Positions 62,721-64,000 of a DNA stretch of 64,000 nt are shown piece by piece. The DNA is from Gekko japonicus (Eukaryota), in contig NW_015173687.1 in NCBI RefSeq assembly GCF_001447785.1, forward strand, positions 724,694 through 788,693, in the 5' to 3' direction. The position numbers were made by a program, and so were the translations under genes. Each line of letters begins with the position of its first letter. Positions within the stretch are counted from its first letter, which is position 1. Below the pieces are notes generated by a model, which was not told the origin of the DNA, did no database searches, and saw only the letters and a program-made list of their open reading frames with translations.

Positions 62721-64000
62721 ATCCTTCTGGTTTAACATACAGTTTGGTATTTTGCTCAACGTCCTCGCTAGCAGGCATCTTACTAGTGAGCAGAATGATG
62801 TTTGGGGTTTTGTTTTTGTTCAGAAATGAAAAGCCTGCAGGAGCTGTTCTTCCCCAGAGAGTACTGGTCTTTCTTTTTTACAGAGGCAGCCCATCTGCCC
62901 CTTGCCTCTCCAATTGTTCAGCAGAAGACTGGTTTGAGATCCAGTCCGGTACAGTGAGTTGAGTGCTCTACCTGGTCCAGAGAGACCTGGATTCAGATCC
63001 CAAAGCGTGGCTGGGGGGCATTCTTCCGATGTGAAACAGATCTGGTTCTTCCCCTTTTCCTTTTTTCTGCTTTCTCCCACAGTCTGCTTTTCTTCCTTAT
63101 CTCTTCATATACATGGCTGGCTGATCTAAAAACCTATTTGCCTCTCTTCCTCCTCCCCCTCAAAGAGGGAGGAGGGTTATGTGGGCCATTTCTATTGCTG
63201 GTTTTTTTCCCCCTTTGACTAAAATGAATTTTAAAAAAATCCTTAAATTAAAGCTGAAATTCACACACTGGCTGGGGGAAACCAACCCAAGCCAGATCTT
63301 TGGCTGCAGGCCTCTAGTCCATTACGAAACCTCCTTTCGTTTTTTTTTTCATTAGTTTCTAGCTGCTGGTAAATAGCATGATCCTGATCATTCCTTGTGC
63401 TGCTTCCCTGACTGGACAGAGCCACGATGAAGCTTCATACAGTCTTCTCTTCGAAGTTGTCTCTTTTACCGATGTTAGGCCAGTGACAGCATTTTTCTTT
63501 ACCCCACCCTTTCTCCAAGGAGTGCAGGGTGCTGTACATGATTTCCCCTCCTCACAACAGCCCGGTTATACAGGCTAGGATGTGAGAACTGGCTGGCCCG
63601 AGGCCCCCGATGAGTTCTTCATGGCCAGTGGAGGCTTAGGTTGCTCCCATCCTGTGTACTGAGATAGTCACTCCCCGGAAGTCACTGGGTTTTTTTCCCC
63701 CCTCAGGACTGGGAGAGGGCGCGGAGGTAGGGAAACAAGGCAGATGCCCTCCGTCATTTAGGATGACTCTGGATTCTTGTGTGAAGCACAATGCAATAAA
63801 TAAACCCTAGAAGCTGGGAGAAGGCTCCAGCGAAAAACCATCTCGACAGCCGCTCTGACAAGCCTGGTTCCTCTAATGTGAAGAGGCTTGGCTGCCTCAG
63901 AGTTTGCAGCACAGAAGCTGGCCTTCTGTTGGGTACCTTGGCAAGGGAGGCCAGACGCTCCAAAGCCTTCCAAGAAGACACGCTGTACTCTGTGCAACCT

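Overview
Vertebrate genomic DNA from a squamate reptile (a Sauria SINE is present; the abundant Squam3-like SINEs suggest a gecko). It carries the conserved DPH7-MRPL41-PNPLA7 block. DPH7 (+) is complete, with 9 coding exons (3990-15784, about 456 aa) downstream of a CpG-island promoter. MRPL41 (-) has a single coding exon (18563-18970). PNPLA7 (+) shares a bidirectional promoter with MRPL41; its first 18 coding exons (19748-59704, 661 codons) join in phase and the gene continues beyond the window. Introns are dense with transposons: L1, L2, CR1, RTE, Penelope, DIRS, a solo LTR, hAT and Harbinger-type MITEs, and tRNA-, 5S- and Sauria SINEs. Main observations: (1) a solo LTR inserted exactly into the PNPLA7 exon-4 donor, duplicating it so that a productive and a stop-introducing donor compete; (2) a complete, TSD-flanked ORF1-only 'half-L1' ending in a C(UUCG)G hairpin; (3) an L2 wedged between the putative branch point and pyrimidine tract of PNPLA7 exon 16; (4) a CAG-TAG tandem acceptor in DPH7 whose proximal site adds a stop codon; (5) Penelope-borne minimal hammerhead ribozyme motifs. 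All assignments were made by eye; repeat boundaries are approximate unless a TSD is given.
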